Source of the DNA: an uncultured virus (IMG/VR IMGVR_UViG_3300028840_003267)
Lineage: Duplodnaviria; Heunggongvirae; Uroviricota; Caudoviricetes
Reading direction: 5' to 3' (one strand)
Virus record (IMG/VR): IMGVR_UViG_3300028840_003267
Length of the DNA: 20,000 nucleotides
Position 1 is the stretch's first letter. Each line of letters opens with the position of its first letter. Shown here piece by piece: positions 1 to 8,599 of this stretch. Below the pieces are notes generated by a model. It searched no databases. It was not told where the DNA came from and worked only from the letters and a program-made list of their open reading frames with translations. Both the position numbers and the translations under genes were made by a program.

Positions 1-436
1 AATACCCTGAATTCAGGAGGAGAAGTGCTCCGAGTTCCGAGCACGAGTAGGCACTGCTGTTGGTGACGGTCTTCGTCCAGAGCCAATCCCGGAACTTCTT
101 GATTGGGACCATGTAGTAGAGGATCAGCAAGAACATATGAGTCAGGATGACCTTGTAGTCATAGGGCTTGCCGATGTAACCGTAGCACTTCCTCAGCCCT
201 TCCTCCGCTCCGGAGAAGGTACACTGGTACCTCTTCATGAGGGTATACTCTTCGTAAACCGTCTCTGGAGCTTCTACAACAATGCCAGAAGGTTGAGCAT
301 GAACAACCATCTTGGCTCCCCAGGTGTCCGAGTCGTACTCTATCCAGGTGTGTGAATAGGGTCCTCTGGTGAGCTTCCGGATCAGCCAGGACTTCAGGTT
401 GTACGGCTGACTTCCGAAACATAAGTATACTGCCAT
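1..436 (-). CDS. Permuted papain-like NlpC/P60 amidase/peptidase (YaeF/YiiX, C92-like); 3' end runs off the window
   Basis: Not in the ORF track. Manual translation from the ATG at 436 gives MAVYLCFGSQPYNLKSWLIRKLTRGPYSHTWIEY...YIGKPYDYK...NSSAYSCSELGALLLLNSGY, open to the window edge. His-before-Cys order with S..IR..T...YSH, G.PYD and Y.CSEL motifs is typical of this family. Confidence 0.85.
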   Translation of the reverse strand, partial: MAVYLCFGSQPYNLKSWLIRKLTRGPYSHTWIEYDSDTWGAKMVVHAQPSGIVVEAPETVYEEYTLMKRYQCTFSGAEEGLRKCYGYIGKPYDYKVILTHMFLLILYYMVPIKKFRDWLWTKTVTNSSAYSCSELGALLLLNSGY

Positions 437-445
437 GACATGTCT

Positions 446-1135
446 CTACTTCCAGGTTCGGAATAGGAGATAGATGTAGGGCTTTTCCCCAGTGGTAGCA
501 GTGGAGTGGTAGATAACTCGGATTCGCAACATCGTCGGCATGGCTGCTGTTCCCTCAGCGACAACATGTGTAATCCCTGAAGGTGGTACAGGAGATTTGT
601 AATTCTCCTCTCCTCTAACAAGATGTCGAACCGCTACCCATCCTCCTACCCCATCTGGAGCCACAATTGCGATCTCCATCGAATCCTTGTTAAAACCAGC
701 AATATGATTCTTAAGCTCTACACTAACACCCTGAACTTCTCTTGTCTCAGCAAACCCAACAAGGTGTTCAGTTGACGTATTCAAGTCAGCTTCAAAGTTA
801 ACCCCAACAGCTTGAAGGTCTTTGAGATTCGATCCCGTAGGCTCAAGGGTGACTGATGTGACCTCTGCTGGAAGAGCGTCTCCTGTGTGTGCAAGACAGA
901 TAGCGTCCAACATAGACTGTTCATCAGTGCTTAAGTCTGCCTTGAACCAGATATTGCAAATGTCATCACTCTCTTCATTGACCACAATGTCTACAGAGTC
1001 TAGGACAATAGTGATAGAGAGCTGATCCGAAGACCTGATGTAATTTTCAATATCGAAGCTGAGACGCCCCGCATCTACAATACCATTGGCAAAGTTGGCT
1101 ACGTTGATGTTCTTGGGATAATTTGTAGACGCCAT
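446..1135 (-). CDS. Hypothetical virion-associated protein (229 aa)
   Basis: ORF with a GAGGT SD 6 nt upstream, 2 nt from the upstream stop. Beta-rich C-terminal half; lies in the tail module. Confidence 0.7.
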   Translation of the reverse strand: MASTNYPKNINVANFANGIVDAGRLSFDIENYIRSSDQLSITIVLDSVDIVVNEESDDICNIWFKADLSTDEQSMLDAICLAHTGDALPAEVTSVTLEPTGSNLKDLQAVGVNFEADLNTSTEHLVGFAETREVQGVSVELKNHIAGFNKDSMEIAIVAPDGVGGWVAVRHLVRGEENYKSPVPPSGITHVVAEGTAAMPTMLRIRVIYHSTATTGEKPYIYLLFRTWK

Positions 1136-1137
1136 GC

Positions 1138-2121
1138 CTATACCTCATTCCGCCGTGTTAGTTTGATATGTAAGCGCCGGATCGTTGCTGCGTACTTCTT
1201 TGAACTCGACCAGTAAGAGATATTGAAGGTGTGGCTACCCTCGGTCAAAGTAAGCTTTTTTTTCCCAACACTGCTCGTCCACTCTTCACCGTCGGTATGG
1301 TCCCTAGCTATTTCACTTCCATCAGCCTCTACGGAGCTATAGGCTGTGGCATTAGAGGTTGACGATCGGTACTCGAATGACCAGTCTAAATCCCATACGC
1401 TGTTTTCTTGTACCTCGTTGGCAGTGAGGACCAAACGTACACGAGGAACTTTTGACGTCGTGCTAGTCTGCTGTTGGTCCTCTGCTTCGTAGCTGCCCTT
1501 AGCAGTAAAGTCCGCGATAGAGACGATTTGTGTATTTGGGCTGCCCAGTTGTGTTCTGTTGTCAACTATACCGTCAATCTCTTCTTTGGTTGAAGCAGCC
1601 AGGATATCCAACTTTAGCTGGCTTTCTGATTCTTGAAGTTCTAAGATGGCGGCTGCGGTTGAGGCTACTAACTCTCGTAGGGAACTTCTATCCGTGACAT
1701 AGTAGGTGGTACTATTCAGGCATTGTATTGGAAATGGATAAGTTATAGCCTTCTTTTCATCCAGAAGAAGTAGGCTGCTATACACAAAAGCAAAGGTTGT
1801 ATCCATAGAGAAAGTTCTCTCATCATATAGGAAGCCAAGACTCTCTAACGTTTGCGTGTTCATCTTGATTTCTTGGATACGATTATTCTTGTAGTCATCG
1901 AGATCGGTGACTTCCGTATAATGAGAAATATCTGTACCATTACCTGCTGTAAGCTTGTGGTACAGTACAGCTCCACGTTTTCCTTTGACGACTACGTTAT
2001 CTGGGGCATTTTCAACCACAGTTACGATACTAGGATTTACGTCTTGAGCTATCTCCAGTGGACGGAAAACACTACTGACTCCTATGACGTTGTTGTCTAT
2101 GTCGAGGTAGGCTGTTGTCAT
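1138..2121 (-). CDS. DUF4376-like tail-fibre-associated protein with extra C-terminal beta-sandwich (327 aa)
   Basis: Central segment LDDYKNNRIQEIK...GFLYDERTFSMD...ESQLKLDILAASTKEEIDGI matches the DUF4376 pattern by eye. GGAG SD present. Confidence 0.7.
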   Translation of the reverse strand: MTTAYLDIDNNVIGVSSVFRPLEIAQDVNPSIVTVVENAPDNVVVKGKRGAVLYHKLTAGNGTDISHYTEVTDLDDYKNNRIQEIKMNTQTLESLGFLYDERTFSMDTTFAFVYSSLLLLDEKKAITYPFPIQCLNSTTYYVTDRSSLRELVASTAAAILELQESESQLKLDILAASTKEEIDGIVDNRTQLGSPNTQIVSIADFTAKGSYEAEDQQQTSTTSKVPRVRLVLTANEVQENSVWDLDWSFEYRSSTSNATAYSSVEADGSEIARDHTDGEEWTSSVGKKKLTLTEGSHTFNISYWSSSKKYAATIRRLHIKLTRRNEV

Positions 2122-2123
2122 AG

Positions 2124-4520
2124 TTAGCTCCAGAAGTATCCTTTTAGTGTTGTTGAAAGCAATGCTATACCGTCAGCAAAGGTGTCGTCCAAGTTTCCGC
2201 CAGATGCGTCCCTAAAAATGGATATACCCAAAAGATATCCTGGTATCATATCATACACGGGTATGGTGAAGGAGGTCGTGTATGAGTAGTACTGAGCGTC
2301 GCCCGTCACATTCGTGATGTCTGTGAGGATTGTTTCAGATAGTGTGCCATCGAATACGTTTTCATCCGCTGCTTTCGAGTAAGCAAGTTCCAGCTCAACA
2401 TCCCCAGATCCAGCAGCAGTTTTCATCCATTTTATAGTTAGTGTAAGGGGGTAGGAGGTATCCAATCCAAAAGGAATGTCAACAATACCAGCTCGACCAT
2501 CTATGGTACCATTAGCAAACTCATTATCGACTAACCCTACTTGAACATTTGTTGAGAAGTCAATGTTTTCGTCTACCGGGGACCATCCTGTTCTGTCTTC
2601 TAGCAGCCCAAGGTGCCAAAGCATACTACGGCGAGGACGACTCTCTCCAAAATACTCTAGGAATCCATGTGGTCCTATTCTTATAGAGTTGACGGTTGCC
2701 TTCATCTGTTCAAGAATAGGACTTGATGTGTATGCTGTTACCAGGCGGTAGCGTACCCAATAGGCTGTTGTTCCATTCAGGGATTTGGTCGTCCATCCAG
2801 GTAAAGGTCCAGCCCGTAGCTGGTATTCTCCAACTATTCCAGCTATATTTGACCCATATTGATTATGAGGACTTCCATCATCAGTAGCCATTATAGCAGC
2901 GGAAGTCCAGGCAGACCCATTCCAATATTCAAAAATAGCCACCCCAGTACCTGCTACACCTGCTGTTGTTATATTCAGATAGGAACCAGTGAAGGGACGA
3001 TCATTTCCAAAATAGAAGCAATTTCCTGCGGTTACTCCAGTAAATATAGCAGTGGTGGACGAAGATTCTGACTTTAGTATGGTAGTGACATCAGACCATG
3101 TACCTATTTCAAGATTTGTGTTTCTGAAGCAGTATATATTAGCAGTATTCTGGCCACCTTGCCCGAAGTAGGAATATGTGCCGTGGTTTTGCGATCCAAC
3201 GCTCAGCTTTCCCCATACTTTAAAGGAAGCATCTCCTATGGTCTCATCTTGAAACGCTAGGAAGTGGTCTGCGTTGGCGTGAAAGTTGTCATCCGCAGAG
3301 ATATTAGCTTCCAGCATCTCAGCGCCACTGAGGTGTACCGTACAGGAACTGGCAGCAGCATCTACTTCTAGGTCTAGTCCGCATCCAGCGCAACGTAAGT
3401 TGCGAATTTGCACGTCAGCACTCCCACTAGTGATGTGTAGCGCACTTCCAGTGAGGTCTTGGAATTCAGCCACAGTACCTATGACTTGTCCTGCTCCACA
3501 GCTAATTCCGTCTGTAATTCCTGCTCCTCTAAGTACCATCCCATCAAAGGCGAACAGCCCTCCAGACACAAGAACAGCGTCTGTTATGGCAGTAACATAC
3601 TTTGATATTAGTGTAGACCTTACAAACAGTTCTCCATTTGTAACTTCAAAGACACACGCCATGGAGCCCTGTTGAATAAAGGAATCCATGATCTCTGACG
3701 ACCCAGACCCTGTTTGTCCATAGCACTTGCCTGACCCTCCTGAGCCAATGAAGACAATGTCACGGCTTACTGCTAAGGAGGGTGCTGCCCCAGCATATTC
3801 AATGGCGTAGGTTGCATCGGTGGGAAGCGTTATTTGAAAGCCACGGAGTACTGCCCCATTATTGAGAGCCACCCGTGTCCCTGTAGCAAGGGTTCCCGTG
3901 ATCTTTGTTACTCTAGACCCACTCTGCCCAAGGACAGTAACTCCAGCAGGAACTGTGAAGCTCTCTGCGTAGGTTCCTGGACCACAAATAACTACATCCC
4001 CTGCTGAAGCGGCAGCAAGAGCTAGAGTTATGGAAGCATAAGAAATGCGTGTCCCAGCTGATGTGTCTAGGAGGACAACACCATTGACAGCTCCTGGGAT
4101 GTTGTCCAGCTCACTTTCAAGCACAACAGAACTATCAAGACCAATATCTATATCATTTGTATTTCCAGTTAGTGTTACGAGACTTGACGACGATAGGAGG
4201 CTTTTGAGGCGGATGTCCGTTCCAACCTTCTCCTTGAAGAAACTGGTACCAGTACCAACTATGGTGACAGTGTTCTTCTCTCCTTCATTCAAAAAGGTAA
4301 GAGACTCTGCTTGTGTTAGGTCTATAGCGTCTACAGACAGGAGGATAGAACCACTATTTATAGATGTAAATAGCTCATCTGAGCGTTGAATCTCTTGGAT
4401 CGTATTGTAGTCAGATATGGTCTCCTGACCAGACCCAGGGATAACGCCATTGGTTGCTTTGAGCCTTTTGACTGGTATATCAAATGCCGTTTGATTCTTG
4501 GCAATTACTGTAGTAGCCAT
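2124..4520 (-). CDS. Tailspike-like protein with pectin-lyase-like parallel beta-helix and C-terminal beta-sandwich domains (798 aa)
   Basis: YASITLALAAASAGDVVICGPGTYAES...GVTVLG is the classic beta-helix N-cap. Preceded by a fibre-type motif GTGTSFFKEKVGTDIRLKSL. GGAGG SD upstream. Confidence 0.7.
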   Translation of the reverse strand: MATTVIAKNQTAFDIPVKRLKATNGVIPGSGQETISDYNTIQEIQRSDELFTSINSGSILLSVDAIDLTQAESLTFLNEGEKNTVTIVGTGTSFFKEKVGTDIRLKSLLSSSSLVTLTGNTNDIDIGLDSSVVLESELDNIPGAVNGVVLLDTSAGTRISYASITLALAAASAGDVVICGPGTYAESFTVPAGVTVLGQSGSRVTKITGTLATGTRVALNNGAVLRGFQITLPTDATYAIEYAGAAPSLAVSRDIVFIGSGGSGKCYGQTGSGSSEIMDSFIQQGSMACVFEVTNGELFVRSTLISKYVTAITDAVLVSGGLFAFDGMVLRGAGITDGISCGAGQVIGTVAEFQDLTGSALHITSGSADVQIRNLRCAGCGLDLEVDAAASSCTVHLSGAEMLEANISADDNFHANADHFLAFQDETIGDASFKVWGKLSVGSQNHGTYSYFGQGGQNTANIYCFRNTNLEIGTWSDVTTILKSESSSTTAIFTGVTAGNCFYFGNDRPFTGSYLNITTAGVAGTGVAIFEYWNGSAWTSAAIMATDDGSPHNQYGSNIAGIVGEYQLRAGPLPGWTTKSLNGTTAYWVRYRLVTAYTSSPILEQMKATVNSIRIGPHGFLEYFGESRPRRSMLWHLGLLEDRTGWSPVDENIDFSTNVQVGLVDNEFANGTIDGRAGIVDIPFGLDTSYPLTLTIKWMKTAAGSGDVELELAYSKAADENVFDGTLSETILTDITNVTGDAQYYSYTTSFTIPVYDMIPGYLLGISIFRDASGGNLDDTFADGIALLSTTLKGYFWS

Positions 4521-4523
4521 TGA

Positions 4524-5357
4524 CTAAATCCTCCACTTGACGCGTACCCAACCAGTTGCATTCGTTGTGGCATTTCCTCCAGCCTGATTGGTTACTGCTA
4601 GAACACCCCCTTGGGTGAAGTTACCGTCAAGGTTGGTAGCTTGTCCAGCCACGGCTGCTGAGGCTACTGTAGCACGAGATGTACCACTTTCTACGATATC
4701 GAAGGTCATCGCATCTGTGTCGTCACGAGTATAACCAAATGATACGATGGTTCCATTGAAGTGAGCGGTGTACCCATTTGTAGCGGAGAGTACTAGTCCG
4801 TCCGTTCCTGAGTAGTATGACCCAGTAGCTGTGATTCCTGCTCCACCAAATTGTATGACACTCGACTCTATAGAGAGCCATTTCGACCTGGTTCCATCCC
4901 ACATCATGATCATATCTAGTACAGTATTGTAGTAGATATCTCCTTCAACAGGAGGGGGAGTTGCTGGGTCAGTAGCTGAGGGTGGATATTTCGAGCTGAA
5001 GGCTTGGCCTCCAATCGTACTTCCGTCCAAACGTAGAGTAGAATCTACCACCAAATCAGACTTATAGATGATGTAGGTTGTACCTCCAATATTAAGTTGC
5101 ACGGTAATGGTCTGGTCTGACGTATCACGATTGTGAATGGAAAAATCACTGATTAGACGGCGTGTGTTAGCAGCAGGAGCTGCTACAAGAGTGACTGGGG
5201 TTGTTCCACTGGTATTGACTTGATTGCTGTCTTCCGTGAACGCTGTACCTGTCTCGTCAGCGTAGTGAGCTACACATTGAAGCTCGTTCGTCGTGACGGC
5301 TCCTCCAAGAACAACTTCAAGGGATTCATTTACTGCCCCTAAAACCCAAGCAACCAT
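4524..5357 (-). CDS. Putative tail fibre/virion protein with two beta domains (277 aa)
   Basis: Thr/Gly/Ala-rich. Linker motif PATPPPVEGDIYYNTVLDMIMMWDGTRSKW (P..GD.YYNT......WDG..W) is common in phage fibres. Confidence 0.65.
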   Translation of the reverse strand: MVAWVLGAVNESLEVVLGGAVTTNELQCVAHYADETGTAFTEDSNQVNTSGTTPVTLVAAPAANTRRLISDFSIHNRDTSDQTITVQLNIGGTTYIIYKSDLVVDSTLRLDGSTIGGQAFSSKYPPSATDPATPPPVEGDIYYNTVLDMIMMWDGTRSKWLSIESSVIQFGGAGITATGSYYSGTDGLVLSATNGYTAHFNGTIVSFGYTRDDTDAMTFDIVESGTSRATVASAAVAGQATNLDGNFTQGGVLAVTNQAGGNATTNATGWVRVKWRI

Positions 5358-5358
5358 A

Positions 5359-6888
5359 CTAGAACCCCATCCAGCTTCGAGACTTCATGCTGATGTTTTC
5401 TCCGCTACTGCTATCCCCACAAGCATTCCAACGTGCTGTGGTAGCATCATACTGTAAAGAAATAGCCGCCCCATTCAATAAGACCATGGAGGCACTCTTC
5501 CCTGTGATAATACGGTTGGCGGCTACAGATCCTGCATTCTCATTCTCCAAAGTGAGGTCATATCCTGTGCGATTGACGATAGTTAGAGTCTTCCCGTCTA
5601 CACCATTCGCAAATCCTGTGATGTAGACAGTCCCAGCCCCCGTGAAACGCATGAAGGAAGTACCTGCTGTAGATACGTCATTCAGCGTTCCTGTCGAGGC
5701 GTTGTCTGCGCCCATCTCAAAGATGAACTCTTCGGTTACTGTCAGGTCTCCATTGATCGTAGCTGCTGGGGTAGCGAAGTTCCCGTAGATAAGGGGAGTG
5801 GCTGTATTCGAGTTCGAGATATACAGTGTGTTCGATCCCGTCTCAGAATATCCTGCTTGGTACCCTAAAAATACATTTCCAGACCCGGTGACTAGGTCGT
5901 GTCCTGATCCTGAACCAAGTGCCGTATTTGTACTACCAGTGTTTATCAATAGAAGAGAATTATGACCGATAGCGACCATGTCTGATGCTGTTGTGTAGTC
6001 TTCTGCTGCACTGAATCCCATAGCGCAGTTTCGTACTCCTGTGGGGATTGTACCTGTATTTCCTCGAAGAGAAGAAGTGCCTACTGCTGTATTTCCATCT
6101 GTTGTTCGTGAATATCGAATGGTATCGAATCCTACAGCTACGTTATCGTCCCCAGAACGGTTGTTAGCTAAGGAGACGTATCCTATAGCTACATTTTGAG
6201 CGCCACCTTGGTTGAAGGTGAGAGACTCTTGTCCTACGCCGACGTTTCGATTTCCGGTAGTATCTTGAAGTGCATTGGAACCTACTGCCACATTTTCTAG
6301 GCCGCCTCCTATAGACCTCATAGCGAAGTAGCCTACTGCTACATTTTTGGAGCCGGTTGTCAGATTATATAAAGTGTCGGCACCTATGCCTGTATTGTTG
6401 CTTCCTGTCGGAGGAGTTACTCCATCTCCTCGCATTGAATTTCCTCCGATAGCAACACAAGCAGTTGGTGTGGTTCCGTAGCACAATGCTCGGTATCCGA
6501 GCGTAGTGTTATAACTAGCAGACGTGTAGAAAAGAAGAGATTCTGTACCAACAACCGCGTTGTACGACCCTGTTGGCGTGGTAATAAAATTTCCTTGAAG
6601 GGCATACGCGCCCATCGCTACATTTCCGGTTCCTATCTGCGTTTCTTGTAGTGCCTGGTCTCCTAGACCTACATTGTAGGACCCTGTAGTTAAGTTACTA
6701 CAAACTTGACGTCCTTGACCTACGTTGTTTGTTCCCGTTAGGGTATAGTTCCCACTATTGGTTCCAAGGAATAAGTTTGCTGTACCATAGGTGTGTAGGA
6801 GACTGTTTCCTTGCTGAACGAGTGTGCCGAAGTCCAAGCCGGTTGTCGTGCGGATCTCAGGGCTATTTCTGAACTTGTAAGTAGACAT
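5359..6888 (-). CDS. Tail fibre/adhesin with ~14-aa N-x-A-x-G beta-roll repeats (YadA-head-like) (509 aa)
   Basis: About 20 repeats such as NVGLGDQAL, NVAMGAYAL, NVAVGSNAL, NTAVGTSSL, closed by GNVFLGYQAGYSETGSNTLYISNS. Distinct C-terminal domain (GFANGVDGKTLTIVN...SVAANRI). Confidence 0.8.
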   Translation of the reverse strand: MSTYKFRNSPEIRTTTGLDFGTLVQQGNSLLHTYGTANLFLGTNSGNYTLTGTNNVGQGRQVCSNLTTGSYNVGLGDQALQETQIGTGNVAMGAYALQGNFITTPTGSYNAVVGTESLLFYTSASYNTTLGYRALCYGTTPTACVAIGGNSMRGDGVTPPTGSNNTGIGADTLYNLTTGSKNVAVGYFAMRSIGGGLENVAVGSNALQDTTGNRNVGVGQESLTFNQGGAQNVAIGYVSLANNRSGDDNVAVGFDTIRYSRTTDGNTAVGTSSLRGNTGTIPTGVRNCAMGFSAAEDYTTASDMVAIGHNSLLLINTGSTNTALGSGSGHDLVTGSGNVFLGYQAGYSETGSNTLYISNSNTATPLIYGNFATPAATINGDLTVTEEFIFEMGADNASTGTLNDVSTAGTSFMRFTGAGTVYITGFANGVDGKTLTIVNRTGYDLTLENENAGSVAANRIITGKSASMVLLNGAAISLQYDATTARWNACGDSSSGENISMKSRSWMGF

Positions 6889-6890
6889 GA

Positions 6891-7763
6891 TTACACACTT
6901 GTGGTCCAGGCACGGAACCTACCTGTTGACGAAGTCCAGCCCGCTTCGTTAGCGCTCGTATACTGGACTTGTCCTGCTGCGGTGATGGTGAATTCGATAT
7001 TTGAGTAGTCTCCTGTTGAGGTGACAGTCATGTCCCAACCAGTCCCTCGTTGCATCCCGTAGAGATTGAATACCTCTCCAAGATCTACAGTGGCATCGAT
7101 GAACACACTGACTTGTGCCCGAAAGCTACGAACAATGGCAGAACTGAAGACGAGACCTGTTACGTCAGCGGCTACGGCTTGGTTGTTTGCAGGAGTCCAG
7201 ATTGTTTCTGGAATGTCTCCAGAGAGACCTGACCCGAAGTTTCGGAGGACTAGCTCATCATCTACTTTAACTACCTCTAACCATCCGTTCTCCGTCGTAA
7301 TGGTGAGGTTCGCGGTGCTTCCAGAGATGGTGTTGCCATTCGGGTCCAGAATGGCATTGTTCGTTGCCGTATTGTACATGAAGAAACTACGTCCTTCAGG
7401 CCAGGTAGCTATTGTTGCTGGAACAGGTAGAGTGAGAGTACGGTTCCCGCCAGAGGTGTCGACTTCGATGTGGTCGAAGAGCCAAGTTTCAGCAGCTCCG
7501 TAGTCCGCAGCCGTATTGACGGTGGCAGGTTGCTGAGGAGCACGCTGCCAGCTAGCAGATACGTCGGGAGCATTGGTGAGGTCGCCTTCTTCGGCTCCAG
7601 TACCAACCGCTGTCACACATTCCCAGACGTAATGATTCCAGTAGACTTGGTCGCCGACAATGTAGGTGTCTGTTTCGTCGTAAAGACCAACGGAATCGTT
7701 GAGAGATGCGCCTGTAAGGGTGTCTTCTTGAAGCTGCCCTTGTCTTAGGAGCGTTCGCGGCAT
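6891..7763 (-). CDS. Virion protein with N-proximal CBM5/12-like carbohydrate-binding module (290 aa)
   Basis: YDETDTYIVGDQVYWNHYVWEC...PDVSASWQR fits the Y..GD.V...G..(Y/W).C....P.....W pattern. Followed by DTSGGNRTLTLP...GRSFFMYN, a phage fibre-type domain. Confidence 0.65.
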   Translation of the reverse strand: MPRTLLRQGQLQEDTLTGASLNDSVGLYDETDTYIVGDQVYWNHYVWECVTAVGTGAEEGDLTNAPDVSASWQRAPQQPATVNTAADYGAAETWLFDHIEVDTSGGNRTLTLPVPATIATWPEGRSFFMYNTATNNAILDPNGNTISGSTANLTITTENGWLEVVKVDDELVLRNFGSGLSGDIPETIWTPANNQAVAADVTGLVFSSAIVRSFRAQVSVFIDATVDLGEVFNLYGMQRGTGWDMTVTSTGDYSNIEFTITAAGQVQYTSANEAGWTSSTGRFRAWTTSV

Positions 7764-7770
7764 CTAATCA

Positions 7771-8544
7771 TCATTCAGGGGACCTGGGAACATGCTCTTC
7801 AAGAGTGCAGTGCTCCATGAGGTCATCCCAGGATTTGAAATGTCGCTTACAGCCTCCACATTGGTATCGCCCATCGGCTCGAACAGCAGCTCTCTGAGAT
7901 TCTTTGATCTCTGTCAACGGGTCTTGTGGAGTTGGAGTTGGAAGAGCCGGAACTTCTTCCTTCTCCTCTGTTGGCACGACGTTCTCAGGCTCAGATAGTT
8001 CAGGTACTTGAGTTTCTTCTGTTTGAGCTTTGATTTCTTCAGCCTGTCTTCGTGCTTTGATAGAAGGGAGGGGTCTCTGCCCTGTTTGTCGTCGATGAGG
8101 TTCCGCTGCTGTTGGGTCAAGAATCTGTTCCCCTTCTGCGCCTTCAGCACATTTGGCTAGGAAGATTGCCTGTTGTATGGCAGCTTCTTCCTTGTCAAAC
8201 AGCTTCTTCACCTCGAAGATGCTCGCCTTGATTCCTGTAGACTTAGCTTCCAGTTTGACGTGCGCGTCATGCGCCATCCGAGCTGACTCTTCACAGATGT
8301 TCATCGACCGTGTGATGTACAGCTTGACAAGTTTGGCTACTTGGAGGTCTTTTATGACCCCTTCGTCTACATCCTTATCTACGTGCTCATGAAGAGCCTG
8401 AATCTTTGGGGAGAGCCCTCCAACAGCTAGAGCCGCTCCCTCAGCCTTCAGTTTGGCTTCCTTCAACCCTTCAAGAAGGTCGTCGAGACGATTCCCAATT
8501 TCGTTGAAGGCTTCACGTTTGATCTTGTTTTTAGCTAAAGTCAT
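7771..8544 (-). CDS. Coiled-coil protein with C-terminal C2H2-type zinc finger (257 aa)
   Basis: Helical K/E/A-rich N-terminus, Pro/Glu linker, then YQCGGCKRHFKSWDDLMEHCTLEEH. AGGAG SD upstream. Confidence 0.7.
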   Translation of the reverse strand: MTLAKNKIKREAFNEIGNRLDDLLEGLKEAKLKAEGAALAVGGLSPKIQALHEHVDKDVDEGVIKDLQVAKLVKLYITRSMNICEESARMAHDAHVKLEAKSTGIKASIFEVKKLFDKEEAAIQQAIFLAKCAEGAEGEQILDPTAAEPHRRQTGQRPLPSIKARRQAEEIKAQTEETQVPELSEPENVVPTEEKEEVPALPTPTPQDPLTEIKESQRAAVRADGRYQCGGCKRHFKSWDDLMEHCTLEEHVPRSPE

Positions 8545-8563
8545 CTAAGTTCTCCTAAATACT

Positions 8564-8599
8564 ACAGTTTCTCAAGAACAGTTAGCTCAAGTTACAGTT
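8564..8599. repeat. Imperfect tandem direct repeat (ACAGTT x3, CTCAAG x2) upstream of the Zn-finger gene
   Basis: ACAGTT at 8564, 8578 and 8594; CTCAAG at 8571 and 8586. Confidence 0.6.

Noticed and set aside
137..621. Track ORFs 137-355(+), 159-422(-) and 394-621(-)
   Set aside because: Shadow frames of the NlpC/P60 gene (1-436) and of the 229-aa gene.
4518..4526. In-frame TAG-TCA-ATG junction suggesting amber read-through or TAG recoding
   Set aside because: Other TAG-terminated genes (446, 1138, 5359) are followed by out-of-frame starts, ORFs are full length in the standard code, and the downstream gene has its own GGAGG SD.
5359..6888. Possible DGR target or invertible tail-fibre cassette
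   Set aside because: No reverse transcriptase, recombinase, TR/VR nucleotide repeat pair or inverted gene copy seen in the window.
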